64,000 nucleotides of DNA from contig OZ024753.1 in assembly GCA_964016885.1 (NCBI GenBank), forward strand, positions 10,850,001 to 10,914,000. Direction: 5' to 3'. Source of the DNA: Eledone cirrhosa. Its lineage: Eukaryota. A model generated the notes under the pieces. That model was not told the origin of the DNA, ran no database searches, and was given only the letters and a program-made list of their open reading frames with translations. Below are positions 41,106-54,779 of this stretch, piece by piece (the first letter of the stretch is position 1; every line of letters begins with the position of its first letter). The translations under genes were made by a program, and so were the position numbers.

Positions 41106-41692
41106 ACTGAAGAGTTATTACTATTTACGCCGAAGACAACATTCTGGATTAAAAATCAGAGAAAAGTTGACATTTTGTCTTCTGAGACATTTTCTTCTGT
41201 CTGTCTGCCAAAATATCTGTGGTGGCGGAGGGGTGTTGTGATGGAGGGGTGTAGTGGTTGGGTGGGGCTGAAGGAGGGGTGTAGTGGTTGGGTGGGGCTG
41301 ACGGAGGGGTGTAGTGATGGAGGGGTGTAGTGGTTGGGTGGGGGTGACGGAGGGTTGGGGTGGGGATGACGGAGAGGTGTGGTGACGGTGGTGTGTGGTG
41401 ACGGTGGTGTGTGGTGACGGTGGTGTGTGGTGGCGGAGGGTGTGGTAACGGGGGGTGTAGTGGCGCGGGAGGTTGGAGTGACGGGGGATGTGTGTGTAGT
41501 GACGGGGGTGTGTGGTGAAGGAGAGGTCTGGTGACCGAGTGGTGACGGGGTGACGGGGGGATGTGTTTGTGTTTGAGAAGGGGGCACCCGAGGGGTGTGG
41601 TGACGGGGTGACGGGGGGGATGTGTTTGTGTTTGAGGAGGGGACAGGAGGTCATGAACTCATTGCTCTTGAATACATATGAGACAACGAAGG

Positions 41693-41973
41693 CAGGGTTC
41701 GATTTAGACCTGGCGGGGGCCACTTCATGTTTGGTGGCCCTCCATACACAATCAGAATACACAGTACCCCCACCACAATTTTACGTATCAAAGTTAGGTT
41801 GGCTCAAGTAATTGGAAATGAATAGTAATATATACAGGTATTACATTCAAAAACGCTAACCATCTTCAAACTAAAAAGCCCAGCAGAGAGCACAAATAAA
41901 TTACCGCGGCCGTCGTTGGTGGACCCTCCCCCCATTGCAGGCGGCCCGGCGCACCCAATTAAATCTGGCCCTG
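41693..41973. mobile_element. Possible hAT-type MITE
   Basis: Ends CAGGGTTCGATTTA / TAAATCTGGCCCTG; the TSD match is poor (5/8). Confidence 0.45.
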
Positions 41974-42104
41974 GAGGGAGGGCTCTATTGATTAGTGAGT
42001 GGTCCCAAAAGACTGTGCACCAGGAACGAGAAATATTTGGTTTCAAAATGTGAAACATTTAAATAATAAAATGGTTATTTATCTACAATGATTACCATAT
42101 TTCA

Positions 42105-42250
42105 AGCATAGAGTTACGTCCCTTTACGGTCTGAGTTCAAATCCTGCCGAGGTCAACTTTGCCTTTCATCCTTACGGGGTCAATAAAATAAAGCACCAGT
42201 AATACACTGGGTATTTGCTGGGTTTGTGCCAAAAGTAGAAACAATTATTT
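42105..42250 (+). mobile_element. 5'-truncated SINE
   Basis: SINE body and tail; ttaccatat / ttaccataat flanks. Confidence 0.88.
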
Positions 42251-42544
42251 ACCATATAATATGTTTATATTTAGTATTTACTAAATATAAACATATTAAG
42301 TCAACTATATTTTACAAAAAAGAAGTCATAAAATGATGAAAATGAGATAATTTCGATATAAAAGTTCACATATAACTGCCGAAAATCATTTGAAGGTCAC
42401 AGATAGAATACCTTACGGTGTTTGTTCTGCTTCTCTGAGCTATCTGAATTCGAATCCCATCGAGGTTAACATTGCGTTTCTTAATTTCGACGTACTTCAA
42501 ACAATTTAATAATCTTTATATATATATATATATATATATATATG

Positions 42545-42960
42545 TAGAGGTTATATTTAATTTGTTGGGATACAACAAGCAAAATATTTTTATAACTGAT
42601 ATAAAGCACTCAACAAATTATTGGAGTAAATATACGATATATTAACAAATGGAAACTATATTTATTTCATTATACATATTTCAAGGGCCACCAAGGTAAA
42701 CTATGGTGCGCTTTCATCAGATAAAATATAATATAGGTTAGTTTTATAAATAAATATTGAGATACCCTTAAAAAATGCACCAGGAGATTCCAACCAAATG
42801 GTTGCATTTTTTAAGGGTATGTCAATATTTATTTATAAAACTAACCTATATTATATTTTATCTGATGAAAGCGCACCATAGTTGGTGGCCCTTGAAATAT
42901 GTATAATGAAATAAATATGGTTTTATAAATATAGTTTCAATTTGTTAATATATTGTATAT
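42545..42960. mobile_element. Family C cassette forming a ~320-bp palindrome with two inverted hammerhead cores
   Basis: Minus core 42679-42720, plus core CTGATGA 42862-42868 to GAAA 42894-42897; loop near 42780-42803. Confidence 0.87.
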
Positions 42961-42981
42961 ATGAATATATATATATATATA

Positions 42982-43251
42982 CGATATTAAATAAATGGAA
43001 ACTATATTTATAAAATCATATTTATTTCATTATATATATTTCAGGGATATCATATTAAAAATATGGTATGCCTTCATCAGACAAAATACAATATAAACAG
43101 TCTTATAAATAGATAGATTTGACATACCTTACACTTCAACTTCCATTTAAAAAGTTGATTTGGTAGTAAATATACTCCAAATACTTGTTGAGTGCTTTTA
43201 TATCAGTTATAAATATTTACTCGTTGTAACCCAACAATTTAAATAAAACTT

Positions 43252-43255
<4 letters not shown>
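42982..43255. mobile_element. Family C cassette with a minus-strand hammerhead core and an inverted tail
   Basis: Minus CTGATGA-AGGcATACCATAT...ATATGATATcCCT-GAAA (43039-43080); 43170-43255 is the tail in the opposite orientation. Confidence 0.75.
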
Positions 43256-43292
<37 letters not shown>

Positions 43293-43596
43293 TCTCCCAA
43301 GTGTGCTGGACGGTCGCTCTAGATTATTTTAGTGTTGTCTGAAATGCCTTACACACGGTGATGAACCATAGGCTAATCATTTCTGTCAACAAATTAGTTG
43401 GTGAAACAGATCCTTTCGTATTTGTACGTGTGTGTTAGATAGGGGTACGTATTTGCACTGTGATTTATACTTTTAATTATTGTGTGTCTACTTTGCCTTC
43501 CATGGGCTATAGATTCCATACACTGGTGTTCTTTCCCTGTTTGGCTGATAACTCACTATCTCTCTCTCTCTCTCTGGTGTGTTGTCTTTTCTACAT

Positions 43597-43642
<46 letters not shown>

Positions 43643-43649
43643 GAAGTTA

Positions 43650-43918
43650 TATTTAATTTGTTGGGATACAACAAGCAAATATTTTTTATAACTGATATAA
43701 AGCACTCAACAAATTGTTGGAGTAAAAATACAATATATTAACACATAGAAACTATATTTATAAAACCATATTTATTTCTTTATACATATTTCAAGGACAC
43801 CAAAGCAAATTATGGTGCGCTTTCATCAGATAAAATATGATATATAGATCAGTTTTATAAACAAATATCGACATACCCTTAAAGAATGCGACCATGTCGG
43901 TTGGAAGCTCCCGGATAG
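43650..43918 (-). mobile_element. Family C cassette, uninverted, with a hammerhead core at 43789-43829
   Basis: Near-identical to 18700-19020; flanked by (TA)n on both sides. Confidence 0.85.
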
Positions 43919-43959
<41 letters not shown>

Positions 43960-43962
<3 letters not shown>

Positions 43963-44196
43963 ATAAACGTGTTGCGGAGTTGCAAATGGGTTACATATGA
44001 ATAAAGTGGTCCTTCATCAGTGATCTTCCAACCATCATCGGTATTTCTTCGCTTTAAAGACCATATACCTCCGGTTGGTGCGAGCAACGGCTAAAGAAAG
44101 TCGTTGGGACACGTAAATAAAGGGAACAGCGAGAGTGTAAACAAACAAAGATGGTGAAGCAACGAAAAGTGAGGAAGAGCGAGTCAAGTCCAAAAA

Positions 44197-44200
<4 letters not shown>
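43960..44200 (-). mobile_element. TA-flanked family D cassette with an orphan CTGATGA half-core
   Basis: Homologous to 1792-1895, 17165-17250, 55765-55940 and 55958-56099. Confidence 0.7.
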
Positions 44201-44255
<55 letters not shown>

Positions 44256-44688
44256 CTTTAACTTTAATTATATCTCATAAAATAATACAACTGGTTTTTC
44301 CACATTATACATATTGTTAGCACCCCAAACACTTAAATTGGGTTTATATTTTAATATAACCCAATGTTTGTTGAGTGAGATGGTTACCAGTCGGAGTTTA
44401 GCTTTAAACTATCTCTGTTATTGTATTAAATATATATATATATATATATATAAGAAAGAAAAATATCGTTCTACATGGCTGAATACATTAACTGTAATCT
44501 GAGTTTTTTGAATATTAATAATGGTTTCTCATATAGGCCAGCAATTTGTGGGGAGGGGAACGTCTGCAGTTCTATTTACATGCCAACATAAGAGCAATGA
44601 AGGGTTCATTCTACTGACATGGCTTTAAAAATGATGCTTGTTTGCATAATTGCAAACGAATCGAATGTTATTATTAATATTCGAAAAA

Positions 44689-44900
44689 GGGCGGTGGATT
44701 GGCAGTATCGATGGAGGGCCGGACACCATGCTTTGCAGCATAGAGTTATGGTCCTTTATGGTCTGAGTTCAAATCCCGCCGAGGTTAACTTTGCCTTTCA
44801 TCCTTACGGGGTCGATGAAATAAAGTACCAGTCACACACTGGAGTCGATTTAATCGACTTTTCCCCTCTCCTAAAATTGCTGGCCTTGTGCTTATATGAG
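44689..44900 (+). mobile_element. Long-form SINE (retains the gtcgatttaatcgac hairpin segment)
   Basis: Full head, body and an extra ~30 bp before the tail; flanked by ttattaatatt. Confidence 0.88.
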
Positions 44901-44936
44901 ACACCATTATTAATATTAAAAGAACTCAGATTACAC

Positions 44937-44974
<38 letters not shown>

Positions 44975-44975
<1 letters not shown>

Positions 44976-45225
44976 TCCCAAAAGTCAGCTCAAAAGTGAC
45001 ACAGAGGAGACTGAGGTTAGCTGGACATGCTCACCGACATCCAGAGTTGACATTGCACTCAGTGCTCCTGTGGGAGCCCCTACATGGACACACAGGTTAA
45101 CGTATGTTGATGCCCTAAGGACAGGCACTGGTCTGTTGGAGACGCAGGACATGGCAGCGATAATGAGGGACAGAGACCGCTGGAGAGAACTCATCCATGG
45201 ATCTCGGGAATTTTACCCGCCCTAG
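44975..45225 (+). mobile_element. RTE-clade LINE 3' fragment (same family as 19075)
   Basis: LPKVSSKVTQRRLRLAGHAHRHPEL...LLWEPLHGH, then after a small deletion RLTYVDALRT...DRDRWRELIHGSREFYPP*. Confidence 0.85.
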
Positions 45226-45233
45226 AAAAATAG

Positions 45234-45312
<79 letters not shown>

Positions 45313-45705
45313 AGATTAGAATGATTAATTCAAACTCAAATAAGGGAATATGTTGAAAAATAAACCTCATTTGGTAATTCCATGAGAGTATCTTAGTCAA
45401 CCTGTGAACCTTTCAACCTACCCACGTATATAACCTTCGAAATATTACATCAAGGATGTAAAGTTCATCCATGTTATGAATATATCGCATCTTCTGACGA
45501 ATACATCAATAGGTTTTGATATCGAGAATTGATCTCTGGTGATTGGCAAAATCTTCTCGGTAATAAACTTTGATGTTGCAGAACTCTAAAGGTTTCTATG
45601 TATGTATTGAAATCAAATACATATGAGCATATGATTGTATGAAAATCTTTTAATCGCATCGGTTGGACGCTGATTCTATCTGCATGCAAACTTCAAAACC
45701 TTGAG

Positions 45706-46225
45706 CAAAGGTTCTCAAAGTGGGCGCTGACACCCAACCGGGGAGGGGCGTTGCAGCGTACGTGGGCGGTGGCAGTGGCGGTTGAGGGGCGTTAGAGATG
45801 ATATTACATTATATTAAGTTACAAATGATACCGTATTTCCCGGCGTCGAAGACGCTAATTTTTTCCTAAAATAAGTCTAAAAAATCTACCATGCGTCCTG
45901 GAGGCCGAAAGTTGTTTATTATATTTTTTTTTCAAATTTTTGGTTGTCAAAATTAGGGTGCGTCCTCGAGAACGAAGCGTCTTCGGCGCCGGGAAATGCA
46001 GTAATTATTCAGTTGATATATAACTAAGTACAAGGTCTTATATTCCGATTGAATAAAACATCGTAGAGAAGAGAAATGGAGCAGACAGTGAATTAACAAT
46101 TTTATTTATTATATATTATTTACAATTTACGTATAGGTAGGTCTCTTTGGAAATAGGGTGGGGGCGGTGAAGGTATAACGTGGCCTTGCCGTGAGGCAGT
46201 GACCCATAAAGTTCGAGAAACTCTG
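45706..46225. mobile_element. hAT/Charlie-type MITE hosting a nested MITE
   Basis: Ends CAAAGGTTCTCAAA / TTCGAGAAACTCTG; 8-bp TSD accttgag / atcttgag. Confidence 0.72.
45831..46001. mobile_element. Tc1/mariner/pogo-type MITE
   Basis: TIRs CCGTATTTCCCGGCGTCGAAGACGC / GCGTCTTCGGCGCCGGGAAATGCAG with TA on both sides. Confidence 0.85.
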
Positions 46226-46656
46226 ATCTTGAGAATTCTTTAAGTGGGCAAATATATCAAATTTTTGCAACCAACTGACCAACTCTCAATAAATTCCTTG
46301 CTAGAACCTACGGCCAATTCTATCCTCTGTTCCTATAGAAAGCAAGGGTCTCTTATGTTTATGAGCAATTTTAATTGTTGTCTTTTTTGCTGGGATTTAG
46401 CCCAAGGTCAGTTTCTGGTCAAGCAGGCCTATGACAAAAGACATTCCATCTATTACCATTCGGTGTTATTGTATACCAAAGGCGGTGGATTGGCAGTATC
46501 GGTAGAGGGTCGGACAATAACAGCAACACCCCAAATCGATACCAGCATCATCATCATCATCATCACCATCTGTATCATCAACTACTATTAGAGTAAGACT
46601 CCACGTGGTCTCTCTGCCTGCTAAAAATAGTAAACAAACCTCCCCAATATTATTAC

Positions 46657-46835
46657 TGGCAGTATCGGTAGAGGGTCGGACGCCATGCTTTCCAGCATAG
46701 TTACGTCCCTTTACGATCTGAGTTCAAATCCTGCTGAGGTTGACTTTGCCTTTCATCCTTACGGGGTCGATAAAATAAAGTACCAGTAATACACTGGGTA
46801 ATTGCTGGCCTTGTGCCTAAAGTAGAAACAGTTAT
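46657..46835 (+). mobile_element. SINE copy
   Basis: A-box, B-box, body and tail present. Confidence 0.9.
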
Positions 46836-46959
46836 TGTATACGAAAGGAAATGTTATTTAATGCTTCCTTCTCTTTATTCAAAGAGAGTAGAGAGTGTTA
46901 AGTGAAGGTACATATTACATATGTTTCACGTTATCCCATGATCCACATGGCAGGTGCAA

Positions 46960-48135
46960 TGTGTCCGAACACGGAAGAGCCGAACTCCCACTGTCATCGC
47001 CCCCATCTCTCTCCCCCTCCCCATCTCTCTGTATAGTGAGCAAATGGGGTCCCACGTGCTGGCCGCCCCACTGCCTCGGCGGACAGAATGGAGAAAGCGT
47101 TTCCTCAGCGGATGGTAAGGGAGATGCGCTGGAAGAGTCATTCCATCTCGCGAGGCTCACACCTGCGGCTGGCCAGCTCAGCGCCTATGGTGGTGAGTAG
47201 GGAGGTACCCCTAGGGCCAAAGACACCAGAAGTCTCCACTGCTACGGCTAACCAGCTCACCGTCTATGGTGGTGAGTAGGGAAGTGCCCTAGGGCCAAGG
47301 ACACCAGAAGTCTCCACTGCTACGGCTAACCAGCTCACCGTCTATGGTGGTGAGTAGGGAAGTGCCCTAGAGCCAAGGACACCAGAAGTCTCCACTGCTA
47401 CGGCTAGCCACCTCAGCGCCTATGGTGGTGAGTAGGGAAGTGCCCTAGGGCCAAGGACACCAGAAGTCTCCACTGCTACGGCTAGCCAGCTCAGCGTCTA
47501 TGGTGGTGAGTAGGGAAGTGCCCTAGGGCCAAGGACACCAGAAGTCTCCACTGCTACGGCTAGCCACCTCAGCGCCTATGGTAGTAAGTAGGGAAGTGCC
47601 CTAGGGCCAAGGACACCAGAAGTCTCCAAGCTACGGCTAGCCAGCTCAGCGTCTATGGTGGTGAGTAGGGAAGTAGCCCTAGGGCCAAGGACACCAGAAG
47701 TCTCCACTGCTACGGCTAGCCAGCTCAGCGCCTATGGTGGTGAGTAGGGAAGTGCCCTAGGGCCAAGGACACCAGAAGTCTCCACTGCTACGGCTAGCCA
47801 GCTCAGAGTCTATGGTGGTGAGTAGGGAAGTAGCCCTAGGGCCAAGGACACCAGAAGTCTCCAAGCTACGGCTAGCCAGTTCAGCGCCTATGGTAGTAAG
47901 TAGGGAAGTGCCCTAGGGCCAAGGACACCAGAAGTCTCCACTGCTACGGCTAGCCAGCTCAGCGCCTATGGTGGTAAGTAGAGAGGTACCCTAGCGCCAA
48001 AGACACCAGAAGTCTCCACTGCCGGGGGCACGATCGCAATCCTGTCGGAGAGCGTCCGATACTTGGAGAGTTTGTCCTCCTCAGCCCTACGTGCAGCAGA
48101 ACCTGGGTTAGTCGCAGACTGCACCAGGTTGCAGT
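46960..48135 (-). mobile_element. CRE-clade LINE 3' fragment with an internal 78-bp tandem expansion
   Basis: Minus strand NLVQSATNPGSAARRAEEDKLSKYRTLSDRIAIVPPAVETSG; about 11 copies of a 78-79-bp unit at 47163-48020; the 3' part matches 28165-28380. Confidence 0.85.
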
Positions 48136-48429
48136 TTTTAACATGTCCAGTAACCCTTCTATGTATAGTGAGATCGAGGCGGAGACTTTGCAGATCAGAA
48201 TTAATAGATGTTGGTCGATAACAGCTTTCTTGCTCATGTATAAGTGGTAGTTAGTGTTTGCACCTGCGTACATGTGTGTGTATGTATGTGTGTGTGTATG
48301 TATGTGTGTATACGTGTGTGTACTACGTGTGTGTATGTAAACATGCATGTGTAAATACGTGTGTACATATGTGTGTGTATGCATGTGCATGTATGTATGT
48401 ATGTGTGTATGCATGTGCGTGTATGTATG

Positions 48430-48795
48430 TGTATGTAAACATGTACGTGTAAATGTGTACATATGTGCGTGTATGTAAACATGTATGTGTAAATGTGTAC
48501 ATATGTGCGTGTATGTAAACATGTATGTGTAAATGTGTACATATGTGCGTGTATGTAAACATGTATGTGTAAATGTGTACATATGTGCGTGTATGTAAAC
48601 ATGTATGTGTAAATGTGTACATATGTGCGTGTATGTAAACATGTATGTGTAAATGTGTACATATATGCGTGTATGTAAACATGTATGTGTAAATGTGTAC
48701 ATATGTGCGTGTATGTAAACATGTATGTGTAAATGTGTACATATGTGCGTGTATGTAAACATGTATGTGTAAATGTGTACATATGTGCGTGTATG
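48430..48795. repeat. 40-bp minisatellite, ~9 copies
   Basis: Unit gtatgtaaacatgtatgtgtaaatgtgtacatatgtgcgt. Confidence 0.95.
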
Positions 48796-49019
48796 CAGGT
48801 GCATGTATGTATGTGTAAATATGTGTGTGTATGTATGCATGTATGTATGTGTGTGTGTGTGTTTATTTGGTGCAATTTACGTGTTATCAAACACATGGTG
48901 AAAAGCACTTAGAAATGTTTAATCATCCTCCATCATGGCGGCGTGCTGGCATGTAGCTAATGTGTTAGACAAGGCCACACACTTACAGAGTTTAACACAT
49001 ACACACACAGTTAAACGCA

Positions 49020-50142
<1,123 letters not shown>

Positions 50143-50585
50143 AACACATGCAGCAGATGTAAATACACACACATATTTCACTATTTCAAATATCTGTTTT
50201 AAATAACCAACAATTTTAAATGCCAGTGGTTCTGAAAATGGCGTATATGGAATAGATTTGAGTGGGGTGGGGCTGATAGGTGGGGGTGATGTGGGGCTAC
50301 GGGATGGGTGGGGGTGAGGCTGATGGGTGGGGTGAGGTCGTTGGGTGGGGTGATGAGGTAGATAAGTGAGGGTTGATGAATGGGGGTTGGTGGGTGCGAG
50401 GTTGATGGGTGGGGCTGTTGTAGGGTCGATCGGGGGGGGGCATATTGGAGGTAGATGGGTGGGGGTGGCGTGAGGTTGACGGTGTAGATGAGAATGGTAG
50501 ATAGCGGTTGGGGGAGGGTGTGTCAGCTTTGAACTTTGACCCAGACATTCTGCAGTCCCCAAATATCTGAGTAATGTGGCCTGTA

Positions 50586-51270
50586 GAAGAGAGAGAGACA
50601 GAGACAGAGAGAGAGAGGCTGAGAGAGACTGAGAAAGAGAAAGAGAGAGAGACAGAGAGAGAAAGAGAGAGAGAGAGAGACTGGGAAAGAGAAAGAGAGA
50701 GACTGAGAAAGAGAAAGAGAGAGACTGAGAAAGAGAAAGAGAGAGACTGAGACTGAGAGTGAGAGAGAGACTGAGAAATAGAGAGAGACTGAGAAAGAGA
50801 GAGAGAAAGACAGAGAGACTGAGAAAGACAGAGAGAAAGACAGAGAGAGAGAGAAAGACAGAGAGACTGAGAAAGACAGAGAGACTGAGAAAGACAGAGA
50901 GACTGAGAAAGAGAGAGAGAAAGACTGAGAAAGAGAGAGAGAGAAAGACTGAGAAAGAGAGAGAGAAAGACTGAGAAAGAGAGAGAGAAAGACTGAGAAA
51001 GAGAGAGAGAAAGACTGAGAAAGAGAGAGAGACTGAGAGAGAGAGAGAAAGAGAGAGACTGAGAGAGAGAGACTGAGAGAGAGAGAGAGAGACTGAGAGG
51101 GAGAGACTGAGAGGGAGAGACTGAGAGAGAGAGACTGAGAGAGAGAGATTGAGAGAGAGAGAGACTGAGACAGAGTGAGACTGCGAGAGAGAGAGAAAGA
51201 GACTGAGAGAGAGCGAGAGAGAGTGAGACAGAGAGAGAGAGGGACAGAGAGAGAAAGAGACTGAGAGAGG
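50586..51270. repeat. (GA)-rich low-complexity tract
   Basis: Direct reading. Confidence 0.95.
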
Positions 51271-51451
51271 GGGGGGTTCATCGATTTTACTTATTTACTT
51301 ATTTGTTATGACAGTAAACAAACCTTCCTTTGTTTTACTGTGTGTGTGTGGGGGGGGGAGTTACATGTGTGTGTGTAATTGTGCATCCATTTATGTGTGT
51401 ATGGTAACATGCATTTATATGTGTGTTACTGTTCGTGTGCTTATGTGTGTG

Positions 51452-51498
<47 letters not shown>

Positions 51499-51502
<4 letters not shown>

Positions 51503-51617
51503 AACAAGTAAGACCCCGACGGCTGAGCTCAAGTCGTTTCGACGGCTAATTCTGGACTAAGTATTGAGTACTTTGGTGCGTTATGGTCTACTTGGTTCCT
51601 TACCACATTTCCTTCGT

Positions 51618-51620
<3 letters not shown>
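51499..51620 (+). mobile_element. Family A cassette with the right palindrome arm deleted
   Basis: Left arm ggaacaagtaagaccccgac...tctggaCTAAG joined directly to the tail tattgagtac. Confidence 0.82.
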
Positions 51621-51660
<40 letters not shown>

Positions 51661-53102
51661 CGAAAACACATGGCTATAAGAGTGTGGGAGTGAGAGAATA
51701 AGAGATAGGGAGAGAGAGAGAGAGAGGGGGTGAGTGTGTTTACATTTAACATTTTCTGTGTGTGTGTGTGTGTCAGTATGTGTCGGTATGTGTGTGTCAG
51801 TGTGTGTGTGTGTATGTGTCAGTATGTGTGTGTGTATGTGTGTGTGTATGTGTCAGTGTGTGTCAGTGTGTGTTCCTGTTACTATATGTATGTGTTTCTA
51901 TGTATGCAATGTTGTAGATGTGTGCACATGTGTCTTTCTAAGTGTATGTGAAGTGTGTGAGTGTGTGTGTGTAACTATGCCTGTTTGAGTGTTTGTATGT
52001 GTGTGTGTGTCTTTTGTGTGTATGTTTGAGTGTTTGTATGTGTGTGTGTGTCTTTTGTGTGTATGTTTGAGTGTTTGTATGTGTGTGTATGTGTGTGTGT
52101 GTGTCTTTTGTGTGTATGTTTGAGTGTTTGTATGTATGTCTGTTTGAGAGTGTTTGTGTGCGTACGTGCGTCTGTATGTGTGTGTCTCAGTGTTTCTGTG
52201 TTTGTATGTGTCTTTCTTGTGTGTATATATCATGCCTGTTTGAGTGTTTGTGCGTCTGCGTGTGTGTCTGTGTGTATGTGTGTGTGTGTGTGTGTTTGTG
52301 TGTATGTATGCTTGAGTGTTTGTGTGTGTATGTGTGTTTGTTTGTTTGTTGGTCTGTCTGTTAGTGTGTATGTGTGTGTATATGTAAACATGATGTGTGA
52401 ACACGTGTCTCTCCAGTGTATATGTGAAATGCAGATGTATGCCTGTTTGTCATGTAACAACCACACCCCTCCCACTACACACCTCCTACCACACCCTTTC
52501 TACCCCCCCCCCCCCCACCCACCCACCATCACACAAACATATATAGAGATAAGACAAAGCTTGTATGTATATATATATATATATATGTCAAAGGGGAGGT
52601 AAGTCATGTAGAGAGAGGGAGGGAGAGTGGGGAGGCGGAGAATGGGGGGAAGGGGTGAGTGGGGAGGGAAGAAGAGGAGTAAAGAATAGAGGTGGGGAAG
52701 AGTGGGAATAGTGGGGAGAAAGAATAGAGGTGGGGGAGAGGATGGGGGGGATAGTGTTGGGGAGGGAAGGAGGAAGGTAGAAAATTGTGGTGGGGGAAGG
52801 GGAGGTAATAGTGGTGGGGGAAGGGGAGGTAATTGTGGTGGGGGAAGGGGAGGTAATTGTGTTGGGGGGCAGAAATATTTCTCATATCTCATAGAATATG
52901 AAACATTTTATGTATTGTGGGCAATTAAATAGCACACAGATACAGCATTTTGGTGGGTGTTTGTGGCAGGAGTGAATATGCCTGCTGTATACATATATAT
53001 ATATGTGTGTGTGTCTGTGTGTGCATGTGTGTGTGTGTGTGTATGTGTGTGTGTATATGTGTGTGCGTATGTGTGTATGTGTGAGTGCGCGTGTGTATGT
53101 AT

Positions 53103-53243
53103 TCGGGTTCAATCAGGGGTAACCACAGTAAGTAAGGTACTCAATACATAGCAGAGTATAAATATTTGATATAGAAAGGACTTCTACAGGATGAGAACTG
53201 TTTCATTCAAATGAAACAGTTCTAGTCCTGTAGAAGCCATTTA
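53103..53243. mobile_element. Family B cassette folded back at stem II
   Basis: Palindrome 53181-53236: cttctacaggatgagaactgtttcat-tcaa-atGAAAcagttctagtcctgTAgaag. Confidence 0.85.
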
Positions 53244-53328
53244 TATATATATATATATATATATTACCCTAAGTATTGGGTGCTCTGGTGCGTTATATTC
53301 CATCTGGTTCCTTACCACACCTCCTTCG

Positions 53329-53358
<30 letters not shown>

Positions 53359-53362
<4 letters not shown>

Positions 53363-53557
53363 AGTAAGGACCCCGGCGGCTGAGCTCCGGCAGTTTCGAC
53401 AGTTAGATCCCAAACCAGTTCTGGATCTAGCTGTCGAAAACGGCCGGAGTCCAGCCGTCGGGGTCCTTACTCTTTTCCTATTACCCACTCTACTAGCCTA
53501 AGTATCGAGTACTCTGGTGCGTTATGGTCCACCTGGTTCCTTACCACCCTTTCTTTG

Positions 53558-53558
<1 letters not shown>
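53359..53558 (+). mobile_element. Family A fold-back cassette
   Basis: Arms aagagtaaggacccc / ggggtccttactctt around stem II gacagttagatcc...ggatctagctgtc-GAAA; tail follows. Confidence 0.85.
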
Positions 53559-53594
<36 letters not shown>

Positions 53595-53696
53595 AAAATT
53601 GAACGGGAACAAAACAGAGAGGCAGTACGAACAAAGGTTTATTAGTTTCACGCTCTTGAGAGTGGGGTGGTGGTATATATATATATATATGTACGT

Positions 53697-53880
53697 TATT
53701 CCGGGTTGAATCGGAGGTAACCACAGTAAGTAAGGTACTCAATACATAGCAGAGTATAAAAGTTTTAATATAGATGAGATTCTACAGGACTAGAACTGTT
53801 TCATTCTTTAGAAATCATCAGGATTCCTGATGATTTCTAAAGAATGAAACAGTTCTAGTCCTGTAGAATCTCATCTATAT
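53697..53880. mobile_element. Family B cassette with a perfect palindrome holding two hammerhead cores
   Basis: Palindrome ~53768-53880, centre ggattcc (53824). Confidence 0.9.
53822..53870 (+). ncRNA. Canonical type I hammerhead ribozyme motif (family B)
   Basis: GATTC-CTGATGA-t-TTC-taaa-GAA-t-GAAA-CAG-ttctagtc-CTG-TA-GAATC; stem I covaries with the 5515 copy (GCTTC/GAAGC). Confidence 0.9.
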
Positions 53881-54123
53881 ATATATATATATATATATAT
53901 GACCACATTGTTGCTGTTGGCTGTTATTTCTAGTAAGTCTGTCCACCCTACCCTGCTGTAGCCTCTTCATAACGTACACAAACATAGCAACGTAACATAA
54001 CAGCCAATGATAGACTCAAGACATCTCAACACACACACACACGAGTTTAATTGGAGGACACACGTGCGTCATTGTCTAATGTTTACAAAATACACGGACA
54101 CACACGCACACCCTCTCTCTCTT

Positions 54124-54154
<31 letters not shown>

Positions 54155-54386
54155 TATACATATATATATATATACTGTAACTAGTCAATGGACAGAAACC
54201 ATGGTTATGACAAACCAACATAAAATAAATGACTGTCATTAAAGGGGTAAGGGTGAATATAAACATATCCATGGCACGCGTCACTCTACAAAAAAAAAAG
54301 CTGGCCTCATGCTTTTATATACATGCTTGCACACGTATGTTTATGTTTGTATTTGCATAACGAATATGCGTAAACCACACACACAC

Positions 54387-54459
<73 letters not shown>

Positions 54460-54570
54460 ATATAGCTGAATGAGTTAGGGTCCAGAACCCAACAAAAACT
54501 TAAGTACCTGTTCATGTTACTGTTGTAATTATATATATATATATATACATATACACACATTTATATATAC

Positions 54571-54605
<35 letters not shown>

Positions 54606-54740
54606 CATACATATATATATATACATATACATATATATATATTTACATATACATACATATACATATATATATATATACATATACATACATATATATACAT
54701 ATACATATACATATATATATATATATATACATACATATAC

Positions 54741-54779
<39 letters not shown>

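Noticed and set aside
45494-45530. CTGACGA followed by a hairpin
   Set aside because: No proper GAAA or stems I and III, and not in a TA-flanked cassette; may be chance.
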